DNA of 64,000 bases, from IMG/VR virus record IMGVR_UViG_3300046665_000589, positions 1 to 64,000 of that record. One strand, 5' to 3'. The translations under genes were made by a program, and so were the position numbers. Under the pieces are notes generated by a model. The model worked only from the letters and a program-made list of their open reading frames with translations, made no database searches and was not told where the DNA came from. This document shows, one piece after another, positions 18,588-27,974 of the stretch. Origin of the DNA: a virus. Within the stretch, counting starts at the first letter, position 1; each line of letters opens with the position of its first letter.

Positions 18588-20050
18588 ACCAGCACCTGCA
18601 AGGTGGTGCGCGCGGTCTTCGAGTTGAGCGCGCGCGAGATGACCATGCCGGTCTGGCCGTTGGCCAGGCCGAAGCGGGAGTTCTGCAGCTGCACCGCGTC
18701 ACCAAGCTGCAGGGTCAGGCAGGGCGCCAGCCCCTCGAACTCGTAGACGGTGCGCTGCACCTTCCACAGCGCCAGCTGGCGCGCCGCCTCGGCGGCCGCG
18801 TCGGTGCGGCGCAGCAGCAGCGTGTCCTGCTGGACCGGGTCGGCGCTCAGCTTGTAGGTCGCCTGCACCGCGCTATCGACCGCGGTCTCGGTCGCCCATT
18901 CGGCGGCCAGACGCGCCTTGTGCTCGACCGGCAAGGCGGTCTGCAAGTCGTCCTGCACCGTCCAGTTCTTGCAAAAGCCCAGCTTGACCGCGGCCTTGAC
19001 GTCGGGCCGGTTGACGATCTTGATCGACTTTTCGGCGATCATGGCCGGCGTGATCGCGGTCGGCGTGCCGGGCGGCGGCAGCGCGACCTGCAGCAGGCGC
19101 AGCTGACCGGTGGCCGACGGCACCAGCTGCGCGCCGAGCGAGCCGGCCAGCTGCTGGCAGGCCGCCAGCACGTTGGTGCGGTCGCCGATGTACAGGCCGA
19201 CCGGCTGCGGGTGGGCGGCGTCGAACGCGGCGAAGTTGGCGCTGTCGATCTCGGCCAAGGCGAACCGCTCGGGCACCTTGCCATAGCTGGTCGCAAGGCG
19301 CTGGACCAGCGGCGCGACCGTGTTGGCGTAGCCGCCCGTCGTGTCGCCCTGGAAGCTGACGGTGATGGTGCCCGCCACGCCTTGGTTCAGGCGGAAGCGC
19401 CCGTTGCCCAGGTCCGTGAAGGCGACCGGCAGGCCGTTGTCGCGCACCTCGAAGATCCACTCGGTCGCGCCGTCGTGCACCTGGTACTCGAGCTGGGCCG
19501 GGTCGACCAGCAGCGGCGTGACGTTGGCCACCTCGCCCAGCCCGACCGGCACGATCTCGTCCTTGTTGGTGGTGGTGCCGCCCAGCTTGTGCTCGGTCAC
19601 CGGCGCGTTCAGGCGCTGCAGATTGTCGCGCAGCTTGATGTTGAGCGTCTCGCGGCTCTTGCTGTCGAGGTTGGCCGCGCGCCCGCTGAAGATCATGCGG
19701 AAGTCGGCGCGCGGCCAGCGCACGTCGCCGATCCAGGCCTTGACCGGGGTGTTGGTCCAGACGTAGCCGAGCCAGGCGTCGCGCGCGCCGCCGAAGTTGT
19801 GGAACTCGATGTCGCCCACCGATATCTGCGGGTCGCCCGTCAGCGACAGCGCCTCGCTGAACGTGATGCCCGAGCTGCACACCCCGACGTACGGGGTGTG
19901 GGCGGGCGCGTCGGCCGCGCCGGTGGTGTAGCCGACGGTGGCCAGGTACAGCGTGGTGGGCACGCCACCAACCAGTGGCGTAACCTCGATCAGCGTGGTA
20001 CGCCGGGCGGTCGGATCGTTCAGCCAAGCGAGGAAGTCGGCATCGGTCAT
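18584..20050 (-). CDS. tail tip / hub protein
   Basis: Directly after tape measure; VPVGLGEVANVTP; C-terminal LQLGDAV...RFGL. Confidence 0.7.
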   Translation of the reverse strand: MTDADFLAWLNDPTARRTTLIEVTPLVGGVPTTLYLATVGYTTGAADAPAHTPYVGVCSSGITFSEALSLTGDPQISVGDIEFHNFGGARDAWLGYVWTNTPVKAWIGDVRWPRADFRMIFSGRAANLDSKSRETLNIKLRDNLQRLNAPVTEHKLGGTTTNKDEIVPVGLGEVANVTPLLVDPAQLEYQVHDGATEWIFEVRDNGLPVAFTDLGNGRFRLNQGVAGTITVSFQGDTTGGYANTVAPLVQRLATSYGKVPERFALAEIDSANFAAFDAAHPQPVGLYIGDRTNVLAACQQLAGSLGAQLVPSATGQLRLLQVALPPPGTPTAITPAMIAEKSIKIVNRPDVKAAVKLGFCKNWTVQDDLQTALPVEHKARLAAEWATETAVDSAVQATYKLSADPVQQDTLLLRRTDAAAEAARQLALWKVQRTVYEFEGLAPCLTLQLGDAVQLQNSRFGLANGQTGMVISRALNSKTARTTLQVLV

Positions 20051-23000
20051 TGCAGGGCCTCCGTGTTACGGGCGTTGTAGGCGGTGGCGGCGGCGCCTTC
20101 GGCCAGGCCCTCCGCCAGTGCTGCCGCCGTGCGTTCAGCCGCTGTCATGGTGGCGTCAATCTGGTCGGTGGCCTGCTGCTTCTGGTCGCCGCGCAGACCT
20201 TCGAGCAGCTCGATCATGCGGGCGACCTGGGCTTGGGTCGGGCCGTCGGCCACGGTGACGGTCTGCGAAGCATGCACGGCACCGTTAGCCGCGGTGTACA
20301 GTCCGCCGGACATGTGCGCGAGGTACTCTTCGCTGTGCATCAGGTTCTGGGCGATCTCCGACAAGGACTCACCTGCGCCCATCTGCTGTTGCCAGTAAGC
20401 CAGTCCGTCGGTATCGACGTGGCGGCCGAGCAGCGACTGGTACAAGGCGTCGATGCCTTGCCCGCCGTGCGCCGACTGGTACTCCTCGCTTCTCGAGATG
20501 GTCTGGGCGACGTCGCCGACCGAGGAGCCACCGCGCAGCACCTGCTGCCAGTACGCAAGGCCCCCGGCGTCCGCTTGGCGCCCGAGCATGCCTTGGTACA
20601 GCGCCTGGATTGCCGCCGTCTGCGAGCCCGCCGTAGCTGCGTCACCGTCGCCGCCGGACTTGGTGATGGCCGCGCCCAGCGCCACGATGGCGTCGTGCAC
20701 CGACAGCACCTCCTTCTTGACCTCGACCAGGCCGGACACCTGGGCGTTGAGTGCGTCCAGGCTGGCCTTGGCCACGTCGACCTGCTGCTCAGCCCAGGTG
20801 GCCGCGTCGGCGGTCGCGCCGATCACCATGTTGAAGTCGTTGGTGTAGCCGGCGCTAGAGGCGTAGACCGTGCGCGAAGCCTCCAGGAACGCGTTGACCA
20901 CGCTCTGGTAGTTGCTCTGCGCATCCTGGTCGCCGGCCTTGGCCGCCGCCAGAGTCTTGCTGAACTCGTCGCGGGCGGCCGCGTACTTCTGCATCGGCGT
21001 GAGCGGCGACTTGTCGCCCAGCTTGAGGTCGACCATCAGCTTCTTCCAGTCGGAAGACAGCTTGCCCATGCGCGTGCTCAGGTCCTCGATGCTCTTCTTC
21101 TCGGCCTCGTATGCGTTGTTCAGGTCGTCGCGCGCGTCCTTGACCGCCTTGGCCGCCTGCACCTGGTCGAACAGCGCGCGGTTGCTCACGTCCAGCTTGG
21201 CGCGCTCGAGCGCGGTCAGCTCGGCCTCGGACTTGGTCAGCTGGTTCAGCTGGTCCTGCAAGGCGTCGCGCTCGTCGGCGATTTCCTGCTCGGTCTTGGT
21301 CAGGTCCTTGGCCGCGGCGTGGGTCTTGGCGAACGCGTCCTGCAAGGCCATCAGCGTGACGTACATCTGCTGCTGCGCTGGGACGGTCAGGTCCAGCCCC
21401 AGCACCACTTGCTTGAAGGCGTCGCGCGTGGTGATCCCGCTCAGCCCAAGGTTCTTCAGCTGCTCGTCGACGTACCTGGCCACCGGCGCCAGCTGTTCGC
21501 CCTTGGTCAGGAAGTTCTGGGCGAAGCCGCTGGTCTGGCTGGCCAGCTTGTCGATGCCGCCGGCCAGGTCGATCAGGTGCTCACGCGCGGCGATGCTGGC
21601 AAGGCCCGTGGCGCCGAACGTCATGCCGATGCTCTGCAGGATGCCGTTCAGGTTGGCGTAGTCGGAGGCGACCCGGGTCAGGGTCTCGAGCGCGCCCTCG
21701 CCCACCTTCTGGAACTGGCTGATGGCCGGCACTGCGAAGCTCGCCATGTCGTCGCCGACCTTCGAGAACACCGACTCCAGCGCCTTCTGGATCTCGTCGC
21801 CCGACAGCCCCTTCAGGCTGATGTTGCCGATGTCGATCACGAAGGTGTTCAGGTGCTGGATGAATTCGTCGTTGCAGATGCCCAGCAGCTTGCTGGCCTC
21901 GGTCACGCCGTCGGCCAGGCTCTCGATCACCAAGGTGAACTGGTTGCGGGTAGCCGCGTCCAGCGCGGTGCGCACGGTGTCGTGCGAGTCGCCGCGGAAC
22001 CAGCCGCCATCGGTCTTGGTGTCCGTGTAGGACATCGGGTAGGCGCCGTTGGTGTTGATGTTCTGCAGGTACATCGCCGGCATGAACAGGCCACTGTCGG
22101 TGACACTCTGCGAGCCGCCGAACACCGAGCTCAAGGCCTTGCCGAGGAAGCCGTGGCCCAGCGCCGCGCCGACGATCGCGCCGAGGGCCAGCCCGAGCGG
22201 GCCGCCCATCGCGGTGAAGGTGGTCAGCATGGCGGTCGTGGCCGCGCCGGCGATCGCGCCGCCGACGGCACCCACCATGCCCACGCCCTTGCCGCTGAAC
22301 GAAGTGAAGTCCGGCGCGGTGGCGCCGGTCACACCGGTGCTGCGCACCAGCAACGAGGCGAAGCTGCCGATGTTGCTCTCGATGTTGCGCAGCGACGCCG
22401 CCATCGCCATCGTGTAGTCGAGGGTGATGTTCGAGTTGGACGCACTGATCTGGATCGCGCGCGCGATCGAGGTCGACTTGGTGTCGGGCGCGCCCAGCAC
22501 CGAGCCGGTGCCCTGCGCCTTCTGGCGGTCGACCGCCGTGGTATCGGCCCCGCCGCCGCCCGACAGCGACACGCCCAGGCCGGCCACCAGCGCCGTCATC
22601 GCCGCCATCCGACCGAACGCGGTGTACGGGTCGCCCTCGCCCTGGGTCAGTACGGCCGAGATCGCCTTGGGCACCAGCTCGGCCACGGTAGCGGCCAGCT
22701 CGGCCGCGTGGTAGGCCTGCGACACCGCCGTCAGGGTCGCGTAGCCCTTGCTCTGCTTGTCGAAGAAGCCGGCGGCGGCCTGCGCCATGTTGCCATAGGC
22801 GTGCACCTGGGCCGAGGCGGTGTCCGCCGCAGCCTTCTGCTTGGCGACCGGGTCGTCGCCGGCCTTGGCCAGCGTCTCGGCGATTTCCTGCTGGCGCGCG
22901 CCGTACTGCAGCGACACGGTCAGCAGCTCGCCCAGCGCCTTGCCACCCTGGCCGAACGCGTCGGACAGACCCTTGCCGATCGACTTGGAGACGTCGACCC

Positions 23001-26000
23001 AGACGTTGCGGGCGCGCTCGGCGGCCGCCTCGATCTGGGACAGATCGTTAGCCGCCTTCTTCTGGTCTTCCGGCCGGCCGTTCTTGACCAGGTTGGCCAG
23101 CTCGCGCTGTTTGGCCACCAGTTGCGGCAGGTTCGCCGCGTACAGCGCGGCCTGCTCCTTGGCGGCGGCGAACATCGCCGGCACGCCCACGTCCGGCCCG
23201 GATTGCGCCTTGAGCGCGGCCAGGCCGGCGCTCATGGTCGCGAACAGTGCGCCAAACTCCTTCTCGCTCTTGGCGATGGCGTCGGCGTTCACCGCCGCAG
23301 TGATCGCGTCGTCCGAGCGTCGCTTGGCCTCCTCGAACGCGGCCACCAGCTGCACGGCGCGGGTGAAGGTCTTGGCGTCGCCCTGCTCGGCCGAAGCGTT
23401 AAGCTGCGCGCGCGCGTCGGCCAGCCCCTTGTCGATCTGGGCGATTTCGACGGCGTGGGCAAGCTGGTAGGCCAGCACGGTGTCGCCTTCCTTGCGCGCC
23501 TGCTCGATCCGGAACTGGGTGGTCTGCTCGGCCGACTTCTTGAGGATCTCGTCGTAGTCACGTGCCAGCTTGGCGTCGGCTTCGGTGATCCCTGCGCGCG
23601 CGGCGGTCTCGTCCTTCTTGGCCTTGGCGATGTCATTGCGGCCGTACTCGCGGCCGGCGGCCAGCGCCTGCTTCTTCTGGGCGATGTCAATCGCCGCCTC
23701 CAGGCTGCCGACCTGGGCGTCACGCTCGTCCTTGGCGGCCTGCAGCGCGGAGATCGCACCGGTCTTGTAGGCGCTGGCGATGTCGCGTCCGGTGGTCTGA
23801 GCCTGCTTTTGCACCTTCAGCAGCTCGTCGTCGAGCATTGTCAAGGCTTCGCGATACTCGTCGTTAGCCGCTTTCTTGTCGACTTTCGGCGCGCGCGGCG
23901 ACAGCAAGGAGTTGCGTTCATCCTGCAGCTGGCGCAGGTCGACACGCAGGGCCTCGATGCGCGCCTTCTCGGCCTCGACGTCGGCCTTGATCAGGTTCGG
24001 TGCCAGCAGCTGGGCCTTCAGGTCGTTGGCACGCAGGTCAACCGCGCGCACCGCCGCGTTCTGCTGGTAGAACTCGCCCTTCGAATTCTTGTCCGTGCCT
24101 TCCTTGGCAAACTTCTCCATCTCCTCGCGCAGCTGCGCGGTGGCGTCGTGCACGCCCTTGACCGCCTTGGCCGGATCCAGCACCGTCTCGACCCGCTTCT
24201 GGGTCGCTTCCAGCTTGCGCAGGTTCTCGTCGGCCTCCAGGATCTTGTCGCGCAGGTCGGCGTAGCTCGATGCCGCGCTGACCACGCCGGTGCCGGCATC
24301 GAAGCTGGCCTCGAGCCCGTTGCGCAACTCGCTCGGGCTGACGCCACGCTTGCGTGCCTCCGCTTCCAGCGCCGTAACCTGCTTGCGTGCCGCGTCCAGC
24401 GTCTCCGGTGTAACCGTCTCCGGCGCCAGGTACTTGCCGTTCTTGGCGTCCCACAGCGCGTTGGCTTTCTCCAGCTGCTTGATCTCGCGGTCGAGCGCCT
24501 CCTCGATCACATGCAGCGAGTTGGCGATCTTCTGGTTGGCCTTGTCGGCCTCGTCAGTGTTGTCGCGGAACAGCAGCCAGGCGCCAGCCGCCACGCCGAC
24601 GGCAATGCCCAGGGCACCCAGGATCGGCAGGAGGGCGGCTTCCCACGCCGCGGCGGCGACCGTGGCCGCCTCGGTCGCGGCCACCTGGCTTGCGGCGGCG
24701 ACCGTCACCAGCTCGGACGAGGCGGCGCCCGCGATATTGGCCGTGGTGACCGCGCCCATCGCCGCCACCTCGGCGGCCTGGGCCGCGCCCAGCGCCCAGC
24801 TGGCCGCGGTCGCCGCCTTGACCAGTTCGATCACCGGCGCAAGCGCGCGCAGCCCGACGTAGCCGACGCCCAGCAGGGTGACGGTGCCCAGGTTGTCGAC
24901 CAGGCCACTGGTCAGGCGCGCCACGTTGGTGGCGAAGTTCTGCAGGCCGGTCGAAGCCGCGCCGCCGTCCTTGAAGGCGTCGGTCAGCGACAGCGCGATG
25001 TGCTGCACGTACGGCGAGGCTTCGGCGAACGCGCGCACGAAGCTGTTCTGCACCGTCACGCCCAGACGCTGGAAGCCGCCAGCGGTGTCGTCCTCGAGCT
25101 TCTTGACGACAGTCGACATGAAACCGGTGGCGCTGGCGGCCTCCTCGGTCTTCTTCTTGAAGTCGTCCAGGTTGGTCAGCGCCAGCTCGGCCGACTTGAC
25201 GCCGCGCACCGTGAAGATGCTGCCCAGGATGTCGACGCGGGCGGCATCGTTGAAGCCAGACAGCTTGCTCTTGGCCTCTTCCAGCAGCTGGGTCAGCGGC
25301 TTGAGCTGGCCGCTCGCGGTCTGGGTCTCCAGCCCCAGCTCCTTGAGCGCGCGCTTGCCCTTCTCGGTCGGCTCGTACAGGCCGGTCAGCATGTTGGTCA
25401 GGCTGGTACCGGCGGCACCGCCGGTGACGTTGATCTTGGCCAGCAGGCCCAGCATGCCTGCGGTTTCCTCGATCGAGACGTGGAACAGCGAGGCGACGGT
25501 CGAGGCCTGCTTCATCGACTCGGTCATCGCCAGCACGCTGGTGTTCGAATTGGCTGCGGTCTTGGCGAAGATGTCCGCCACGCGCCCGGCCTCGGCGTAC
25601 CCAAGGCCGAAGGCCGAGGCGGCGCCGGTGGCGGCCAGCGCCGCCTGCCCGACCGTCATCTCGCCGACCGTGGCCAGGTCCAGGATCGCCGGCAGCACCT
25701 GCAGCGACTGGGTCGCGTTCAGGCCGTTCTGCGCCAGCATGCGCATCGCGTTGGCGCCCTCGGCCAGCGAGTGCAGCGAGCCTTCCGACACGTGCAGGAA
25801 CTGATCGAGGTTGACGCCGCTGCTGGTCAGGGCCAGCACGTTGGTCAGCTGGTGCTCGACCTCGCTGCCGACCGAGGCCACCTGCTTGAGCGAACCGGCA
25901 ATGGCCGCGCCGGCGGCCAGCGGCACGAGGCTGCCGTAGGTCAGCCACAGCCCGCCGAGCGAACCGGCCAGGCCGCGCGCCAGGCTGTGCGCCTCGGCCA

Positions 26001-27033
26001 TCGCGTGGTTGTGGTCCGTGGTCGCGGCCGTCGAGCCGTGCACGGCCGGGGTCAGTGCCGCGTGTGCGGCGCGTAGGGCGTCGACGTCGGACGCCACCGC
26101 GACGCTGCCGTAGCGCTCGACCGCGCCGGCACGCGACGCGCCCGGCTGCTGCAGGTAGGTCTGGGCCTGCACAGCCTGGCGGATCTGCGCGGCCGGGCCG
26201 GCGGTCATGAAATTGGTGTTCAGGACGCGCTGGCGCTCGGCCGCGGCTTCGGCGTCGGCCAGCTTGCGCTGCTCGATCTGGTACAGCGCGTACTGCTGGT
26301 CACGCGCAAGTTGTAGCTGGCGTGCCTGCTTGGCCTCCTGCTCGGCCAGGGTGCGGTCCCAGAAGCTGACGTAGTCCTGGAACTCGCGCTGGCGCAGCGC
26401 GTGCATCTCGACGTCGCGCTTCTGCTCGATCGCGACCTGCTCGGCGATGGCCCGCTCCCACCACGAGACGTACTCCGTGTTGGCGGCCTGGCGCATGCGA
26501 TTGAGCTCGACATCGCGCGACTGCTCGATCGAGATCATGTGATCCCACCAGGCGGTGTAGTCGGCGGCTGCTTTGGCGCGCAGGGCGTGCAGTTCGGTGT
26601 CGCGGCGCTGCTCGAGCGCGACACGCTGGGCTGCGAGCTTCTCCTGCTCCTGGGCGAACGTGACGTCGACCTGCAGCTGGCGCGTGTTCATCGCCTCCTG
26701 CGCGGCCAGGAAGGTGCGGTCGGCGTTGAGCTGGCGATCGCGCGCCTTCTCGTTGACGATGGCGATCTGCTCTTCGGTCTTCTCGCGCGCGGCGACCACC
26801 TCGTTGCCGCCCTTTTGCACCAGCGCGGCGACCTCGGCAAAGCCGGTGGTCATCGACGCCTGCATCAGCTGGACCTGCTGCTCGAGCTTGGTCAGACCGG
26901 ACACCGTGCCGAGCGCTTGCAGCGACTCGTACAGGCGGTCGATGGCCGTAACGATCCGATCGACGCCCTCGGCGCCGCTGGATGTTACGGGAATGTCGAT
27001 CGGGCCGCTGCCGGTCTCGCCGCCTTCACTCAT
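20047..27033 (-). CDS. tape measure protein (TP901-like core)
   Basis: ~2330 aa Ala-rich helical protein, GGAAGTSLTNML core; RBS GGAGG before ATG 27033 (alternative start 27066). Confidence 0.93.
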   Translation of the reverse strand: MSEGGETGSGPIDIPVTSSGAEGVDRIVTAIDRLYESLQALGTVSGLTKLEQQVQLMQASMTTGFAEVAALVQKGGNEVVAAREKTEEQIAIVNEKARDRQLNADRTFLAAQEAMNTRQLQVDVTFAQEQEKLAAQRVALEQRRDTELHALRAKAAADYTAWWDHMISIEQSRDVELNRMRQAANTEYVSWWERAIAEQVAIEQKRDVEMHALRQREFQDYVSFWDRTLAEQEAKQARQLQLARDQQYALYQIEQRKLADAEAAAERQRVLNTNFMTAGPAAQIRQAVQAQTYLQQPGASRAGAVERYGSVAVASDVDALRAAHAALTPAVHGSTAATTDHNHAMAEAHSLARGLAGSLGGLWLTYGSLVPLAAGAAIAGSLKQVASVGSEVEHQLTNVLALTSSGVNLDQFLHVSEGSLHSLAEGANAMRMLAQNGLNATQSLQVLPAILDLATVGEMTVGQAALAATGAASAFGLGYAEAGRVADIFAKTAANSNTSVLAMTESMKQASTVASLFHVSIEETAGMLGLLAKINVTGGAAGTSLTNMLTGLYEPTEKGKRALKELGLETQTASGQLKPLTQLLEEAKSKLSGFNDAARVDILGSIFTVRGVKSAELALTNLDDFKKKTEEAASATGFMSTVVKKLEDDTAGGFQRLGVTVQNSFVRAFAEASPYVQHIALSLTDAFKDGGAASTGLQNFATNVARLTSGLVDNLGTVTLLGVGYVGLRALAPVIELVKAATAASWALGAAQAAEVAAMGAVTTANIAGAASSELVTVAAASQVAATEAATVAAAAWEAALLPILGALGIAVGVAAGAWLLFRDNTDEADKANQKIANSLHVIEEALDREIKQLEKANALWDAKNGKYLAPETVTPETLDAARKQVTALEAEARKRGVSPSELRNGLEASFDAGTGVVSAASSYADLRDKILEADENLRKLEATQKRVETVLDPAKAVKGVHDATAQLREEMEKFAKEGTDKNSKGEFYQQNAAVRAVDLRANDLKAQLLAPNLIKADVEAEKARIEALRVDLRQLQDERNSLLSPRAPKVDKKAANDEYREALTMLDDELLKVQKQAQTTGRDIASAYKTGAISALQAAKDERDAQVGSLEAAIDIAQKKQALAAGREYGRNDIAKAKKDETAARAGITEADAKLARDYDEILKKSAEQTTQFRIEQARKEGDTVLAYQLAHAVEIAQIDKGLADARAQLNASAEQGDAKTFTRAVQLVAAFEEAKRRSDDAITAAVNADAIAKSEKEFGALFATMSAGLAALKAQSGPDVGVPAMFAAAKEQAALYAANLPQLVAKQRELANLVKNGRPEDQKKAANDLSQIEAAAERARNVWVDVSKSIGKGLSDAFGQGGKALGELLTVSLQYGARQQEIAETLAKAGDDPVAKQKAAADTASAQVHAYGNMAQAAAGFFDKQSKGYATLTAVSQAYHAAELAATVAELVPKAISAVLTQGEGDPYTAFGRMAAMTALVAGLGVSLSGGGGADTTAVDRQKAQGTGSVLGAPDTKSTSIARAIQISASNSNITLDYTMAMAASLRNIESNIGSFASLLVRSTGVTGATAPDFTSFSGKGVGMVGAVGGAIAGAATTAMLTTFTAMGGPLGLALGAIVGAALGHGFLGKALSSVFGGSQSVTDSGLFMPAMYLQNINTNGAYPMSYTDTKTDGGWFRGDSHDTVRTALDAATRNQFTLVIESLADGVTEASKLLGICNDEFIQHLNTFVIDIGNISLKGLSGDEIQKALESVFSKVGDDMASFAVPAISQFQKVGEGALETLTRVASDYANLNGILQSIGMTFGATGLASIAAREHLIDLAGGIDKLASQTSGFAQNFLTKGEQLAPVARYVDEQLKNLGLSGITTRDAFKQVVLGLDLTVPAQQQMYVTLMALQDAFAKTHAAAKDLTKTEQEIADERDALQDQLNQLTKSEAELTALERAKLDVSNRALFDQVQAAKAVKDARDDLNNAYEAEKKSIEDLSTRMGKLSSDWKKLMVDLKLGDKSPLTPMQKYAAARDEFSKTLAAAKAGDQDAQSNYQSVVNAFLEASRTVYASSAGYTNDFNMVIGATADAATWAEQQVDVAKASLDALNAQVSGLVEVKKEVLSVHDAIVALGAAITKSGGDGDAATAGSQTAAIQALYQGMLGRQADAGGLAYWQQVLRGGSSVGDVAQTISRSEEYQSAHGGQGIDALYQSLLGRHVDTDGLAYWQQQMGAGESLSEIAQNLMHSEEYLAHMSGGLYTAANGAVHASQTVTVADGPTQAQVARMIELLEGLRGDQKQQATDQIDATMTAAERTAAALAEGLAEGAAATAYNARNTEALQ

Positions 27034-27099
27034 AGAAAAGCCTCCATTGGAGTTGCCATTATCCAATGGAGGCTAGTTGTAGGCAAGCAATTACTATGC

Positions 27100-27435
27100 C
27101 TACTTCTTGCGTTTCTCGCCCACGTACTCGAGGTAGGCGTTGTCGATCATGGTCACGTATCGCAGCAGACGGTCCCGTTCGTTCACTTTTGAGATTTTGA
27201 ACAGGTAGCAGTAGGCGAGGATCTCTGACACCGGGATCGCCAGCGGTCCACCCATGCTGACTGGCCTGCCACGCGCGATGGACTGGTACGCGCCGTAGTA
27301 ATAGGCCTGGCGGACATCGAGGACGGGGCGATCGCGCAAGGCTTGCGGATCGTCCCCGTCGCGCCTTAGCTGTTCAAGGAACTCGAGCTGACTACCCCAC
27401 TGCAGGTCCCAGCGTAGGTAGTCTCGGAGTTTTTT
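27100..27435 (-). CDS. tail assembly chaperone -1 frameshift extension (gpGT-like)
   Basis: -1 frame open from slippery A AAA AAC (27429-27435) to TAG at 27100. Confidence 0.8.
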   Translation of the reverse strand, partial: KKLRDYLRWDLQWGSQLEFLEQLRRDGDDPQALRDRPVLDVRQAYYYGAYQSIARGRPVSMGGPLAIPVSEILAYCYLFKISKVNERDRLLRYVTMIDNAYLEYVGEKRKK

Positions 27436-27836
27436 GCGTCAGCCGCTTCCGTCTGGTAGCGGAAGTTGCGGAACTCGGCGGCCAGGGCGCCGATCACCTT
27501 CTGGAACTCCTCGTGCTGCAGCATGGTCTGGGCCTGGCTGACGCTGTGGCTGACCGGCTGACCCTTGTAGCCCAGGCCTTCGAAGTCGAGCAGGATGGTA
27601 TGCGCCATGACTTCGGCCATGATCTTGCTCGAGCGTGCCTTGGCAGCCGCGACCTGCTCCGGCGTGTCCTTCTGGTCCAGCTCGTGCTTGAACTGCTCGT
27701 AGCGGGCGTTGACCATGCGGTTGTAGGCCGGATTGCCGGCGCGTGCGACCCGCACGCGGCCAGTGCCCAGCGGGAACCAGCGGCCTTCTTGTTCGGCCTT
27801 GGGGTCGACGGCGTACTCGGCGAAAATATCGAACAT
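27366..27836 (-). CDS. tail assembly chaperone (gpG-like)
   Basis: Between tail tube and tape measure; EGRWF..G..RVRVARAGNPAY. Confidence 0.85.
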   Translation of the reverse strand: MFDIFAEYAVDPKAEQEGRWFPLGTGRVRVARAGNPAYNRMVNARYEQFKHELDQKDTPEQVAAAKARSSKIMAEVMAHTILLDFEGLGYKGQPVSHSVSQAQTMLQHEEFQKVIGALAAEFRNFRYQTEAADAKNSETTYAGTCSGVVSSSSLNS

Positions 27837-27867
27837 GGTATGGGACTCCTAGTGGTTTGGAGCGGCC

Positions 27868-27896
27868 AGTGTACGCAAGCTTTTGAACATTGTCAA
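27868..27896 (-). promoter_or_regulatory. sigma70-type promoter for chaperone gene
   Basis: TTGACA-17 bp-TACACT. Confidence 0.75.
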
Positions 27897-27910
27897 AAGG
27901 AAAGCTGCGC

Positions 27911-27949
27911 AAAAGCAAAAAGGGCGCAGCCCTTGTTGGCGCTGCGCCC
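27911..27949 (-). terminator. intrinsic terminator after tail tube
   Basis: GGGCGCAGC stem followed by TTTTTGCTTTT. Confidence 0.75.
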
Positions 27950-27974
27950 ACCCACTTCCCCACCACGAGAAATC

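Noticed and set aside
20050-26076. 2008-aa plus-strand ORF and many other long antisense ORFs
   Set aside because: Shadow frames of GC3-biased real genes; no RBS or domain motifs
27067-27102. UAG read-through fusing chaperone extension to tape measure (in frame)
   Set aside because: TAG and TAA follow one codon later
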